Source: Candidatus Cloacimonadales bacterium (GTDB lineage: Bacteria > Cloacimonadota > Cloacimonadia > Cloacimonadales > JAIOQZ01). Taken from it: a stretch of DNA of 64,000 nucleotides. Below the pieces are notes generated by a model, which worked only from the letters and a program-made list of their open reading frames with translations, did no database searches and was not told the origin of the DNA. The translations under genes and the position numbers were made by a program. The stretch covers positions 36,621 to 100,620 of the forward strand of contig CALODV010000005.1 of assembly GCA_942492065.1 (NCBI GenBank), written 5' to 3'. Below are positions 9,147 to 18,724 of the stretch, piece after piece (within the stretch, counting starts at the first letter, position 1; each line of letters begins with the position of its first letter).

Positions 9147-9209
9147 CCCTTCGACTCCGCTCAGGGAGCTTGTATAATATAATCTATCTACAAGTTAAGC
9201 TGTTTGAAC
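9147..9209. repeat. REP-like element family B (CCCTTCGACTCCGCTCA ... AAGTTAAGCT + degenerate inverted copy)
   Basis: The 17-mer is identical to 22699-22715, and both copies are followed ~30 nt later by aagttaagct. Confidence 0.65.
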
Positions 9210-9261
9210 GGATTCGAAATAGCGTCGTAAAAAGGACGATTGCTTCACATGATAATTTCTG

Positions 9262-11235
9262 TTACTCTATTACGCAGAGAACTGCATCCTTTGGCACCTG
9301 ATCGCCTGCACCGAAAGGTATTTCTTTAACAACACCTTCTGTGTGAGCTTCGATGTTGTTATACATTTTCATAGCTTCCAGAACAAGGATGGTGTCTCCC
9401 GGTTTTACTGTGTCACCGACATTCACCTTGTACTCAATAATCATTCCCGGGATAGGTGCAACTACAGCATGTTGCCCGTCATCAAGCTTAGGAGGAATAA
9501 TTTCCTGTTTCTTAACCGGTTTTGGAGCAGCAGCCTTAGGTTTAACCTGTGGTACTCTCGGAGCAGAAACTGCTGCAGGAGCTCCGGCAACAGCAGGAAC
9601 GCCGTCTTCCCCGACTTCAACTGTAAAGTGTTCATCATCAATAAACACATTGAATGTTCTGAGATTATCAGGTTTTTCAGGTGTCTCTTTTTTCTCAACT
9701 AGCTGTCCGTTGAGAGCTTTCTCTACAAGTGCTTTTTCAAGCTCAACTTCTTCCATTGTCTTGGGCATTACATCTTTTGGCGGTTCTGTCTTACCGTATT
9801 TCCAGGAGAGGAATCTCTTACCTGTTACAGGATACAGAGCGCAAATCAGTACATCATCAATGTCTTTGGCAAGATCACCGATATCAGCCTTGATCTTCTC
9901 AAGTTCAGGCTCAATTACATCACCGGGGCGACATGTGATAGGTTCGTTTCCGCGTGGGTAACCTTCAAGAGCTTTTGCCTGTACTTCCGGATTCATTGGT
10001 CTGGTTGTTTTACCGTAGAGTCCGTAACAAAGGTCTTTAACCTGCTCTGTAATTCTGGTGTAGCTTTCGCCTTCACCGTCAAACAGTACATTGTTTACTG
10101 TCTGAATTCCCACAATCTGACTTGTAGGTGTAACCAGAGGAATCTGTCCCAGATCTTTTCTTACAGCCGGCAGTGTTTCAAACACTTCTTCGAGCTTATC
10201 AAGAGAATCCATTTGTTTAAGCTGGTTAACCAGATTAGAAAGCATTCCGCCCGGTGTCTGGTGCAGAATAACATTGATATCGATAACTGAGAGTTTTGTG
10301 TTATCAAGATAATGCATGTATTTAGGGATGAATTTCTCTATTTTCTTGGAGATTTCAGCGAGGAAATTGATATCCATTCCTGAATCTCTGTTTGTACCGA
10401 GGAAAGAAGCAACGATAGGTTCAACTGCTGTATGAGAGGTTCTGTAAGCAAGAGGTGACATACATGTATCCACAATATCCACACCTGCTTCAATTGCCTT
10501 GAATATAGCGAGATCACCCATACCTGAGGTAAAGTGAGTATGAAGATGAATCGGCACTTCTACGTTAGCTTTTAACGCTTTTACAAGGTTATATGCATCG
10601 TATGGTGATATAAGACCAGCCATATCCTTGATACAGATTGAGTCTGCGCCAATTTCTACCAGTTCTTTAGCTTTATCTACATAGTAATCCAGATTGTATA
10701 CGTCACCGCCCATTCTTGGTTCAGTCAGTGAGTAACATACTGTTCCCTGGAAGTGTTTTCCGTTTTTCTTGATTACTTTTACAGCAGTCTGGAAGTTTCT
10801 GAAATCGTTCAGTGCATCGAATACTCTGAAAATATCGATTCCGTTTTCACAGGCTCTTTGTACAAATGCTTCCACTACATCATCAGCGTAGTTTCTGTAT
10901 CCAACAAGATTCTGACCACGCAGAAGCATGGAGAATGGTGTATTTCTTATATGTTTTTTCAGTTCACGAATTCTTTCCCATGGATCTTCGTTCAGGTATC
11001 TGTGCATTGTGTCAAAGGTTGCTCCACCCCAGACTTCCATAGCCCAGAATCCTGCTTTATCCATATCTTCTGCTATTGTAATAAGGTCTTCTGTTCTACC
11101 TCTTGTAGCAAAAATTGACTGGTGTCCGTCTCTTAAAGATACATCCTGAATTTTCACAGGATTAGCTGCTGCCGGACGACCTTTTTCGTAGTTCATCTCA
11201 GTCATTTCAACAGTTCCATGTTGATCAAACTTCAT
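9262..11235 (-). CDS. Pyruvate/oxaloacetate carboxyltransferase (5S/OadA-like) fused to biotin carboxyl carrier domain
   Basis: RDGHQS, EVWGGATFD, CIKDMAG and HTH motifs; Ala/Pro-rich linker; C-terminal EAMKM biotinylation site. Confidence 0.92.
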   Translation of the reverse strand: MKFDQHGTVEMTEMNYEKGRPAAANPVKIQDVSLRDGHQSIFATRGRTEDLITIAEDMDKAGFWAMEVWGGATFDTMHRYLNEDPWERIRELKKHIRNTPFSMLLRGQNLVGYRNYADDVVEAFVQRACENGIDIFRVFDALNDFRNFQTAVKVIKKNGKHFQGTVCYSLTEPRMGGDVYNLDYYVDKAKELVEIGADSICIKDMAGLISPYDAYNLVKALKANVEVPIHLHTHFTSGMGDLAIFKAIEAGVDIVDTCMSPLAYRTSHTAVEPIVASFLGTNRDSGMDINFLAEISKKIEKFIPKYMHYLDNTKLSVIDINVILHQTPGGMLSNLVNQLKQMDSLDKLEEVFETLPAVRKDLGQIPLVTPTSQIVGIQTVNNVLFDGEGESYTRITEQVKDLCYGLYGKTTRPMNPEVQAKALEGYPRGNEPITCRPGDVIEPELEKIKADIGDLAKDIDDVLICALYPVTGKRFLSWKYGKTEPPKDVMPKTMEEVELEKALVEKALNGQLVEKKETPEKPDNLRTFNVFIDDEHFTVEVGEDGVPAVAGAPAAVSAPRVPQVKPKAAAPKPVKKQEIIPPKLDDGQHAVVAPIPGMIIEYKVNVGDTVKPGDTILVLEAMKMYNNIEAHTEGVVKEIPFGAGDQVPKDAVLCVIE

Positions 11236-11265
11236 TGTTCCTCCAAATATTCTATATATATTTTT

Positions 11266-11448
11266 TTATCTTTTAACTATTCTTCTTTGTACGAGCGATC
11301 TGTTCTGCATGATAGTCTGTCTGCTCTGTAATGCCCATGGTGAAGGGTATACTGCAGGCTTCTGGTATGCTATGGCAGATCTCTGTTCTTCTTCCTGTCT
11401 TAAAAGACACATTACAGCACCGACTGCGGCTTTTTGCTTAGCATTCAT
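11266..11448 (-). CDS. Small (60 aa) accessory subunit of the acyl-CoA carboxyltransferase cluster
   Basis: Tightly packed between the two carboxyltransferase genes; AAVGAV..L...SPWALQSRQTIMQNR resembles small epsilon-type subunits. Confidence 0.65.
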   Translation of the reverse strand: MNAKQKAAVGAVMCLLRQEEEQRSAIAYQKPAVYPSPWALQSRQTIMQNRSLVQRRIVKR

Positions 11449-11458
11449 TTTGGCCGCC

Positions 11459-13018
11459 TTATACAGGGATGTTTCCGTGTTTTTTAGGAGGAAGTGTTTC
11501 GCTCTTGGAACACATTACTTCCAGTGCATCAACAAGTCTCATTCTTGTTTCTGAAGGCTGGATAATTGCTTCGATGTAACCTCTTTCCGCAGCAACATAA
11601 GGATTACTGAAAGCATCTTCGTATTCAGCGATTTTTTCCTGTGTCATTGCTTGTTTATCATCAGCATTCTTGATTGCTGCTCTGTAGCTGGAAATAATAT
11701 TAACAGCTCCCTGAGCTCCCATCACAGCAATCTCAGCAGAAGGCCATGCAAAAATCATGTCTGCACCAAGATGCTGAGAACTCATGGCAATATATGCTCC
11801 ACCATAGTCTTTTCTGGTTACAACCGTCATTTTAGGAACAGTAGCTTCTGCATAACTCCAGAGTATTTTAGCTCCGTGACGGATTACTCCGTTGTGTTCC
11901 TGATTGATTCCCGGTAAGTATCCCGGAGTATCAACAAATGTGATCAGAGGAATATTAAATGCATCACAGAATCTGATGAATCTCGCAATCTTGTCAGAAG
12001 CGTTGATATCAAGACAACCTGCCAGAATCATAGGCTGGTTCCCGATAATACCGACAGCTCTTCCGTTAAGACGGCCGAATCCGATAATGGCATTTTCTGC
12101 GAAGAATTCGTGTGGCTCGAAGAACTCACCGTTATCAAGAATAGTTCTGACAACAGCTTTCATATCGTAAGGTGCACGTGGATTGTCCGGAACGATTGTA
12201 TCAAGTTCAGGGCAAAATCTGTGAGGATTGTCGCCAGTTTCAACATGAGGAGGATCTTCCAGATTGTTATTCGGCAGGTAGCTGAGAAGTGTCCTGATCT
12301 GATCGATAGCATCATGATCGCTTTCGCAGGCAAAATGTGCATTTCCGCTCATAGCATTGTTAATCATTGCTCCACCGAGTTCTTCGAAAGAAGTTTCTTC
12401 TCCGGTAACAGTTTTGATAACGCTGGGTCCGGTAATAAACATGTAACTGCTGTTTTTCACCATGAAGATGAAGTCTGTCATTGCAGGTGAATAAACAGCA
12501 CCACCGGCACATGGTCCCATGATTGCGGAAATCTGAGGAATAACACCTGACGCTCTTGAGTTTCTGAAGAAGATGTCACCGTATCCTTTAAGTGAATCGA
12601 TACCTTCTTCCACACGGGCACCACCTGAATCGTTAATACCAACGATAGGGACACCGGCTTTCATTGCCATATCCATAACTTTTACGATCTTTGCTGCGTG
12701 TTTTTCACCGAGTGATCCACCGCGAGCTGTAAAATCCTGTGAAAAAACAAAAACAGGTCTGCCGTTAACAAGACCATGACCTGTTACAACACCATCTGAA
12801 GGTATTTCTACTTCAGGCATGTTGAAATTGGTTGATCTGTGCTTCACAAACTGATCGATTTCTCTGAATGTACCCGGATCGAATAAAAGATCGACTCTTT
12901 CTCTTGCAGACAGCTTACCTTTCGCATGCTGTTTTTCGATTCTGGCTGCTCCGCCCATTTCTTTTATCTTGTCTTCTTTCTGTTTCAGAGCAGCAATTTT
13001 TTCGTTTATAGAACTCAT
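11459..13018 (-). CDS. Acyl-CoA (methylmalonyl/propionyl-CoA) carboxyltransferase beta/12S subunit
   Basis: GKLSARER, SGGARVEEG, GPCAGGAVYSPA, FVDTPGYLPG and KKHGNIP motifs. Confidence 0.93.
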   Translation of the reverse strand: MSSINEKIAALKQKEDKIKEMGGAARIEKQHAKGKLSARERVDLLFDPGTFREIDQFVKHRSTNFNMPEVEIPSDGVVTGHGLVNGRPVFVFSQDFTARGGSLGEKHAAKIVKVMDMAMKAGVPIVGINDSGGARVEEGIDSLKGYGDIFFRNSRASGVIPQISAIMGPCAGGAVYSPAMTDFIFMVKNSSYMFITGPSVIKTVTGEETSFEELGGAMINNAMSGNAHFACESDHDAIDQIRTLLSYLPNNNLEDPPHVETGDNPHRFCPELDTIVPDNPRAPYDMKAVVRTILDNGEFFEPHEFFAENAIIGFGRLNGRAVGIIGNQPMILAGCLDINASDKIARFIRFCDAFNIPLITFVDTPGYLPGINQEHNGVIRHGAKILWSYAEATVPKMTVVTRKDYGGAYIAMSSQHLGADMIFAWPSAEIAVMGAQGAVNIISSYRAAIKNADDKQAMTQEKIAEYEDAFSNPYVAAERGYIEAIIQPSETRMRLVDALEVMCSKSETLPPKKHGNIPV

Positions 13019-13150
13019 TCCATACCTCTTCTTGAGTTTATTATTGATTTTAAAGTTAATGACTTATACTCATTTTTAGCATAGCATTTATAAAGGTACA
13101 AAGAAGAATGGTTTAGATCGAAAAAAGCAAGTTTTTTATCAGAAATTTCC

Positions 13151-14197
13151 CTATTTTTTTCTGGAGAATTGTTTTGCGTATTGCAGATAATTTTCTTTTA
13201 AAGGACCATCGGTAACCTGATTAATGTGCCAGTACCATGGATAATTCGCTTCTATAACAACAGGTCCTTCCGGTGTTAATGCTACATCCCAGCCGATTGA
13301 GAAGAAATCAAAAAAGCATCTTTTGTGAGCATCCAGAGCCAGATCAATTGCCTGCTGATACTGAGGAATCGAAAAGCCTTTGAACTCAGTTTTTGTATCC
13401 GGATGAGAATAGTATTTTGCCAGAGGTTCGCGTTCGGAATAACCAAAATCGTATAATACACCGGTATCCTTTTCAACTCCGACAAAGATTCCTTCCTGCC
13501 CTACATTATCTACAAAAGATCCCAGACGTCCCATTCTCAAGAACACAGAAAATACTTCAGGACCATCTGATCCCAGTATGGTAGCAATGCGCAAAGTATT
13601 AACACAGTCAGCATTGAATCTGCTCATTTCATCCACCTGAGTCACCGGATATTGCAGAATAGCCTTTTCAGGTACTTTCTTACTGAAGTAATGAAGACTG
13701 GATTTTCTTCCGTCGACGTAAAGCTTTCCACTTTCTGTTTTAACAAAGTGCACCTGTTCCCCGCTACAGCCTGTTATTCCCTTCAGGTAGAACACTCTGT
13801 CAGTTTTTACAAATGTTTTCAGGTCGATGCTTTCGGGAACATCAATATAGTTAAACATTCCTTTATCGTAGGTGGCAAAGGTCACTGCTGCAGGAACATT
13901 CATTGCTTTAAGATACATAGCAAAACGGAATTTATCTTCCATCAGGTTATAACATACAGGTCTGAATTTCCTTTCAGTACTTCTGTAGTCTTTATTCAGG
14001 ATAAAGTCCTTGCGGTTACTGCCTTTTAAGTGCAGACCGTATAAGTAGAAAAGCTGATAAGGTATCTTTTCAATCAGTATCCATTGCAGCATTGAACAAA
14101 CAAGAGAAGGGAAGCGCTTCCTTCCGTCTTCTTTATTGAAGAGCAGACCGAAGAACTTCCTTGAACTTTTTATTTTTCTGTTAAGTTTATTTATCAT
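13151..14197 (-). CDS. Sugar-transfer-associated ATP-grasp domain protein
   Basis: EDKFRF, LK...G..GEQV, VNTLRIAT and IGWDVALTPEGPVVIEAN motifs; start overlaps the stop of the upstream gene. Confidence 0.8.
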   Translation of the reverse strand: MINKLNRKIKSSRKFFGLLFNKEDGRKRFPSLVCSMLQWILIEKIPYQLFYLYGLHLKGSNRKDFILNKDYRSTERKFRPVCYNLMEDKFRFAMYLKAMNVPAAVTFATYDKGMFNYIDVPESIDLKTFVKTDRVFYLKGITGCSGEQVHFVKTESGKLYVDGRKSSLHYFSKKVPEKAILQYPVTQVDEMSRFNADCVNTLRIATILGSDGPEVFSVFLRMGRLGSFVDNVGQEGIFVGVEKDTGVLYDFGYSEREPLAKYYSHPDTKTEFKGFSIPQYQQAIDLALDAHKRCFFDFFSIGWDVALTPEGPVVIEANYPWYWHINQVTDGPLKENYLQYAKQFSRKK

Positions 14198-15774
14198 TAA
14201 TCTTCTATAGTTGCATCTGATCTCAGAACCAGATCTTCAGCTTTTCTCGGATTGATCTCGAACTCATCATAACTGTAACTGATAACACCTGTTATTGATT
14301 CAAATTCCATTCCAACTTCAAGCTCAATTCCAACATCAATTGCTTTTATGAAATTGTCTTCAACCTGACAGGAAAGAGAATCAGTATAATCGTTTGTTAT
14401 GTACCACTGTCCATAACCATCAGGAAGTGATGTTACTGTTACATTCTCAATGCGAACAAGACAGCCTTCATATGATTCGTTAGATGCAATATCTGCAGTA
14501 CTTGCAACCAGTAATGGTTCCGGTACAGGATTACCCTGAGACAATACTGCATATTCAGAAATAGATTTTAATTCTGTAAGGTGATAGTACTCATCGATAT
14601 AACCAACAAGTCCAACCTCATCACCAACAGAAGGTCTGTTTCTGTTATCATATACGTAAATACCTTTCCAAGGTTCCTGAGTAACAGTTGCCTCAGAGAT
14701 GTAGTATCCGTCTTCTTCAACACCGGTAACAATACCTTTTGTCAGAACAGATTCACCTTTCTTAGTGGAGAGATCATCCTCATCAGGATTTTCAACATAC
14801 TGTAAGTCGTAGATAGGAGTGAATTCCACATCAGCTTTAACAACTTTTACACCCACATCTACAGTATTAATTGCAGCAGTGATTGTAATCATCCCTTCGT
14901 TAATATCACCCGGGAGGTTGTCTCTATTCACGGAAACAGATGCTTCTCCTGCACCTGATCCTGTCGGTGTATCAATTGTAATCCAGCTGTCAGTTGTAGA
15001 GATAGTCCAGTCCCCAAGAAGACCGGCACCAAGGTTTTCAATTTCAAACACTTTTGTTTCAGAGATGAATCCGAAATCAATTTCTTCCATATCAACGTAA
15101 GCAATACCCATAGGATTTACTGACATTGTTACCGGAATAGTAACATCTTTGGCAACATTGTTATCGAAATAGTTGAACACGAGATCTGCAGCATAATCAC
15201 CCTCATCCATGTCTGTTCGATCAATTTCGATTTCTATTTCCAGAGTATCACCGTATTCCAGCATACTGCTGGATGTGCTGGCATCAAGCCATCCTTCTTC
15301 ATCTGCATAATCAATTTGAAGATTCCACATCATTGCAACAGGTTTTACAGTTTGAATTTTCATGGACATTCTTTTCTTGTTATCAGAGAATTCCATAGCT
15401 GCTTTATCCGCAACAAGTTCGGAACCATCTGCATGTTGGACGTAGGTTATATCAAGATCGATAGTTTTTCCTGCTTTGGCAATTACATCCATTTCAGTGT
15501 CCAGAAAACCGTCTTTAACAAAAGTAAGTGTATAGGTTTTAGGGAAAAGATCAGGAAATACAAAAGCACCATCAGCATCTGACATAAGAGAATCTTTTAC
15601 GTTCAATACTTCATTTTCAATAATAACTTTTGCATCTGCAACCGGAAGTTCGGTATTCCATGTGGAGAGTGTACCGCGTATTTCGCTTTTGGATTCTATT
15701 GGATCTGTAACTTTATCCGTACAGGATATCATTGTCATCAATGCGATAATCAGTATAATGTATATTTTTTTCAT
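14197..15774 (-). CDS. Lipoprotein: carboxypeptidase-regulatory-like domain + BACON-like domains + C-terminal OB folds
   Basis: Lipobox MISC; G.F.F..L.P..Y.L..KDGF; WLDAS and WITI BACON-like segments; PIYDLQ..GIVTG..GYYI..GIYVY..VGDEV..G...EYY..TEL..YEGCLVRIENV OB-fold pattern. Confidence 0.7.
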   Translation of the reverse strand: MKKIYIILIIALMTMISCTDKVTDPIESKSEIRGTLSTWNTELPVADAKVIIENEVLNVKDSLMSDADGAFVFPDLFPKTYTLTFVKDGFLDTEMDVIAKAGKTIDLDITYVQHADGSELVADKAAMEFSDNKKRMSMKIQTVKPVAMMWNLQIDYADEEGWLDASTSSSMLEYGDTLEIEIEIDRTDMDEGDYAADLVFNYFDNNVAKDVTIPVTMSVNPMGIAYVDMEEIDFGFISETKVFEIENLGAGLLGDWTISTTDSWITIDTPTGSGAGEASVSVNRDNLPGDINEGMITITAAINTVDVGVKVVKADVEFTPIYDLQYVENPDEDDLSTKKGESVLTKGIVTGVEEDGYYISEATVTQEPWKGIYVYDNRNRPSVGDEVGLVGYIDEYYHLTELKSISEYAVLSQGNPVPEPLLVASTADIASNESYEGCLVRIENVTVTSLPDGYGQWYITNDYTDSLSCQVEDNFIKAIDVGIELEVGMEFESITGVISYSYDEFEINPRKAEDLVLRSDATIED

Positions 15775-15784
15775 TTTCAGCTCC

Positions 15785-18616
15785 TTAGAATGTGATCTCT
15801 GTGGTCAGGAATACATTAAATTCCGGTGCAGGAACAACATACATTGTTTTAACTTCCTTAAGATAATCTTCACGACCATAGTCTGTAGAGTAACTTGCTG
15901 AAGCAATATTATCTCTGTTAAAGATATTATTGAGATCTATTCTGAATGAAAGTTTTTTCGTTTTGATCTTAGTATCATATTTAATTGATACGTCTGTTGT
16001 CATGTAATATGGTAACTCAGAGCTGACCTCAACCGCATTATTTGTTTCAGGATCAATCTGGTCTCTCTTATTAGTATAGGTACCGAAATATCTGTCTCTG
16101 AAGTTCCAGGTTGCACTCATCCTTAAACTGGATGCATTTTTCTCGATAGGGAGTGTATATCCTGCTGAAATATTACCCATAATTTCAGGAGTAAACGGTA
16201 CAACCTTACCGTTGATTTGCTCCGAGGACACACCAAAAATTGAATCATAATGCATATCATCCCATCTGTTTTCTGAAAGAGTCCATGATCCGCCAAAATC
16301 AAACTTGTTAACTTTTGCTGATGCGCTGATTTCAACACCTTTGTGAATTGCTTTACCGGCATTAACCGTCAGGCTTCCTCTGGCATCTGTCATGTTCTCT
16401 ATTTTGTCACTGTAAGTAGTATGATAAAGGTTAACTTCGGCAGTATATTTTTTAGTAATATATCCGAAACCAATTTCATGAGTAACGGTTTTTTCAGGTT
16501 TAAGATCTTCATATACAACTTCCAGATTAGGTGTAGTGTATTCCTGCCCTGCATCAGGTCCATCATCCCTGTCGTACCAATCCATTACTCTTGGTTCTTT
16601 ATTAGCAATAGCAAAACTGTACATCATGTTGAACTCATCAGTTAAGTTAACGTTTATTCCTGCTTTTGGTGAAATAAAATCATAAGTCTTTTCATAATCA
16701 TCATCGTTGAACTTATATGTAATATTACCGAGAGAGTCAACACTTTCAATTGTTTCCTTTGTCTGATAGAATGTATCTTTAAGGAAAGCACCTGTATTAT
16801 AGTCAAAAATGTGAATTGGATTTTCAGAAACTTCGGATGTATAAGTTGCATACTGAATATCACCGCTTATGAAGAAAGGCATCCTGAACTGTTCACTATC
16901 AAGTGATATGAAATCATAAAATCTCTCACTAATTTCTTGTTTTGTTTTTACTCTTACAAATGCAGAAAGGTTATTCACAACAGTATCATAGTCGTATCTT
17001 CTCTGTCCTTTGGTGTATACTCCGACATTATCTTCGGCAAGTGAATTGTAGTATCTGTAGTCCTTGACTTCTGCATAATGCTCAGCATCCCAGCGTCTGA
17101 ACTCCCCACCGACAAAAGTGGAAATCAGATCGTGATTGTATTTGACATAAGTATTCAGTCCCATTTGAATATGGTTATTATGACTGTCATTAGTATATGA
17201 GTGGACATAGTTGCTTGTAGACATGTTTGAAGAACCCGAGACTGTTTCACCATTGAAAGTCTGTGTTTCAGGATCGTAGCCGTCCAGAATTACTCCACCA
17301 TTAGCTCCACCTGTTTTTTCGTATATCCAGCGAGCGTGTTTACCAACGGCTGAACTTGTTCTTGCTTCGGTAACTTCCATTGTCATAATTTCGCCGGTTT
17401 CAGGATCAAATCTGTCATTTCTAAGGTATTTTCCACCGCCTTGTCCTGTAGTGAAGAACACGTTAGTCAGCATACTGGCATTGTCAGAAATTTTCCATTC
17501 ATCCCTGATCGAGATTTGCGGTTTAAAGTAATAGTTCTCCTGTTCTTCATTGTTGTTTCTGTTGTATTGGCGCCCAAGTGTCTTCATAAGTTCAAGATCC
17601 TGAACTTTTCTTGCCTGATTGTGCTTCTGTGGGGCACCTATGAAGCTGAATTTAACATCGTGTATCTTTGTATCCACACTGACATCCATGCCGAATGAAT
17701 AACCATCATAATTAGTACCGTTAATATATGAATCTCCGCCTTTTCTTTCAAACATAGCGCTGATACCAACTTTCTGTTTCGCAAGATACATGTTTTGTCT
17801 GAGAAGAACGTTGTAGTTCATAGGTTGATAGTCTTCCATACCACCTTTACCATCTGCAGTTTCATCTGAAAGGTAAGTTCCTCCTGACAATCTGAGAACT
17901 GTTTCAGTCTTGTTTCCTGTACCCATTGTTTCAATGTTAACTGATCCACCAAATGCACCTGATCCGTAAAGAGATGAACCTGCTCCACGCTGTACCTGAA
18001 CTGATTTTACATTAGATGAAACACCTGTCCAGTTTGACCAGTATACTACCTGACTTTCAGGATCGTTAACAGGGATACCATTGATAAGAATCTGAATCTG
18101 CTCACTGCTGAATCCCCTTATTGTTAAATCGGATTCACCAAGACCTGAGGATGTTGAGAATACTCCCGGAACACCTTCAAGCAGCATCGGCATATCTTCA
18201 GTTGTGTACTTCTCTTTCAGCTCTTCACTTTTAAGATTAGTGAATGCTACCGGAGTTTCTCTTTTAACAGCCCTGTTACCTGTCACATTAATTGTCTGAC
18301 CTTTTAGAGCTTGTTCTTCAAGTTTGAAATTCTGAGTCGTAGTTTTACCTTCTTCTACAGTTACGCTTATAACTATCTCTGCATAACCGAGTTTTCTTGC
18401 GAGTAATTTGTACTTGCCAACAGGAACATTCTTCAAAACAAATGTACCCTTGTCATTAGTGAACGCTGCAATGCCTGTTCCTTTAATCATAACAGTGGCA
18501 TATTCAACGGGTTCCTGTGTTTTAGCGTCTTTTACCTTACCTGCAATAGTTCCTGTTCCTGCCGCAAAACAGAATATCGGTAAGAGAAAAAATATGAAAT
18601 ATAAATATTTCTTCAT
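15785..18616 (-). CDS. TonB-dependent outer-membrane receptor
   Basis: Signal peptide, carboxypeptidase-regulatory-like N-domain, plug (IRGF..ILINGIPVND..VQRGAGSSLYG..GGSVNI), DLNNIFN and terminal Phe. Confidence 0.93.
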   Translation of the reverse strand: MKKYLYFIFFLLPIFCFAAGTGTIAGKVKDAKTQEPVEYATVMIKGTGIAAFTNDKGTFVLKNVPVGKYKLLARKLGYAEIVISVTVEEGKTTTQNFKLEEQALKGQTINVTGNRAVKRETPVAFTNLKSEELKEKYTTEDMPMLLEGVPGVFSTSSGLGESDLTIRGFSSEQIQILINGIPVNDPESQVVYWSNWTGVSSNVKSVQVQRGAGSSLYGSGAFGGSVNIETMGTGNKTETVLRLSGGTYLSDETADGKGGMEDYQPMNYNVLLRQNMYLAKQKVGISAMFERKGGDSYINGTNYDGYSFGMDVSVDTKIHDVKFSFIGAPQKHNQARKVQDLELMKTLGRQYNRNNNEEQENYYFKPQISIRDEWKISDNASMLTNVFFTTGQGGGKYLRNDRFDPETGEIMTMEVTEARTSSAVGKHARWIYEKTGGANGGVILDGYDPETQTFNGETVSGSSNMSTSNYVHSYTNDSHNNHIQMGLNTYVKYNHDLISTFVGGEFRRWDAEHYAEVKDYRYYNSLAEDNVGVYTKGQRRYDYDTVVNNLSAFVRVKTKQEISERFYDFISLDSEQFRMPFFISGDIQYATYTSEVSENPIHIFDYNTGAFLKDTFYQTKETIESVDSLGNITYKFNDDDYEKTYDFISPKAGINVNLTDEFNMMYSFAIANKEPRVMDWYDRDDGPDAGQEYTTPNLEVVYEDLKPEKTVTHEIGFGYITKKYTAEVNLYHTTYSDKIENMTDARGSLTVNAGKAIHKGVEISASAKVNKFDFGGSWTLSENRWDDMHYDSIFGVSSEQINGKVVPFTPEIMGNISAGYTLPIEKNASSLRMSATWNFRDRYFGTYTNKRDQIDPETNNAVEVSSELPYYMTTDVSIKYDTKIKTKKLSFRIDLNNIFNRDNIASASYSTDYGREDYLKEVKTMYVVPAPEFNVFLTTEITF

Positions 18617-18724
18617 GTATCCTCCAGTATTGTTTTAATATTTCTTTGTATATTATAATTTATAAAGCAAGCTGTCAATAAAGAAATATTTAAGAGATTT
18701 TAACAAGAAAAAAAAGAGTGAAAA

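Noticed and set aside
8200-9210. Possible CRISPR array among the short repeats
   Set aside because: Repeats differ in sequence and orientation, spacing is irregular, and no cas genes are present.
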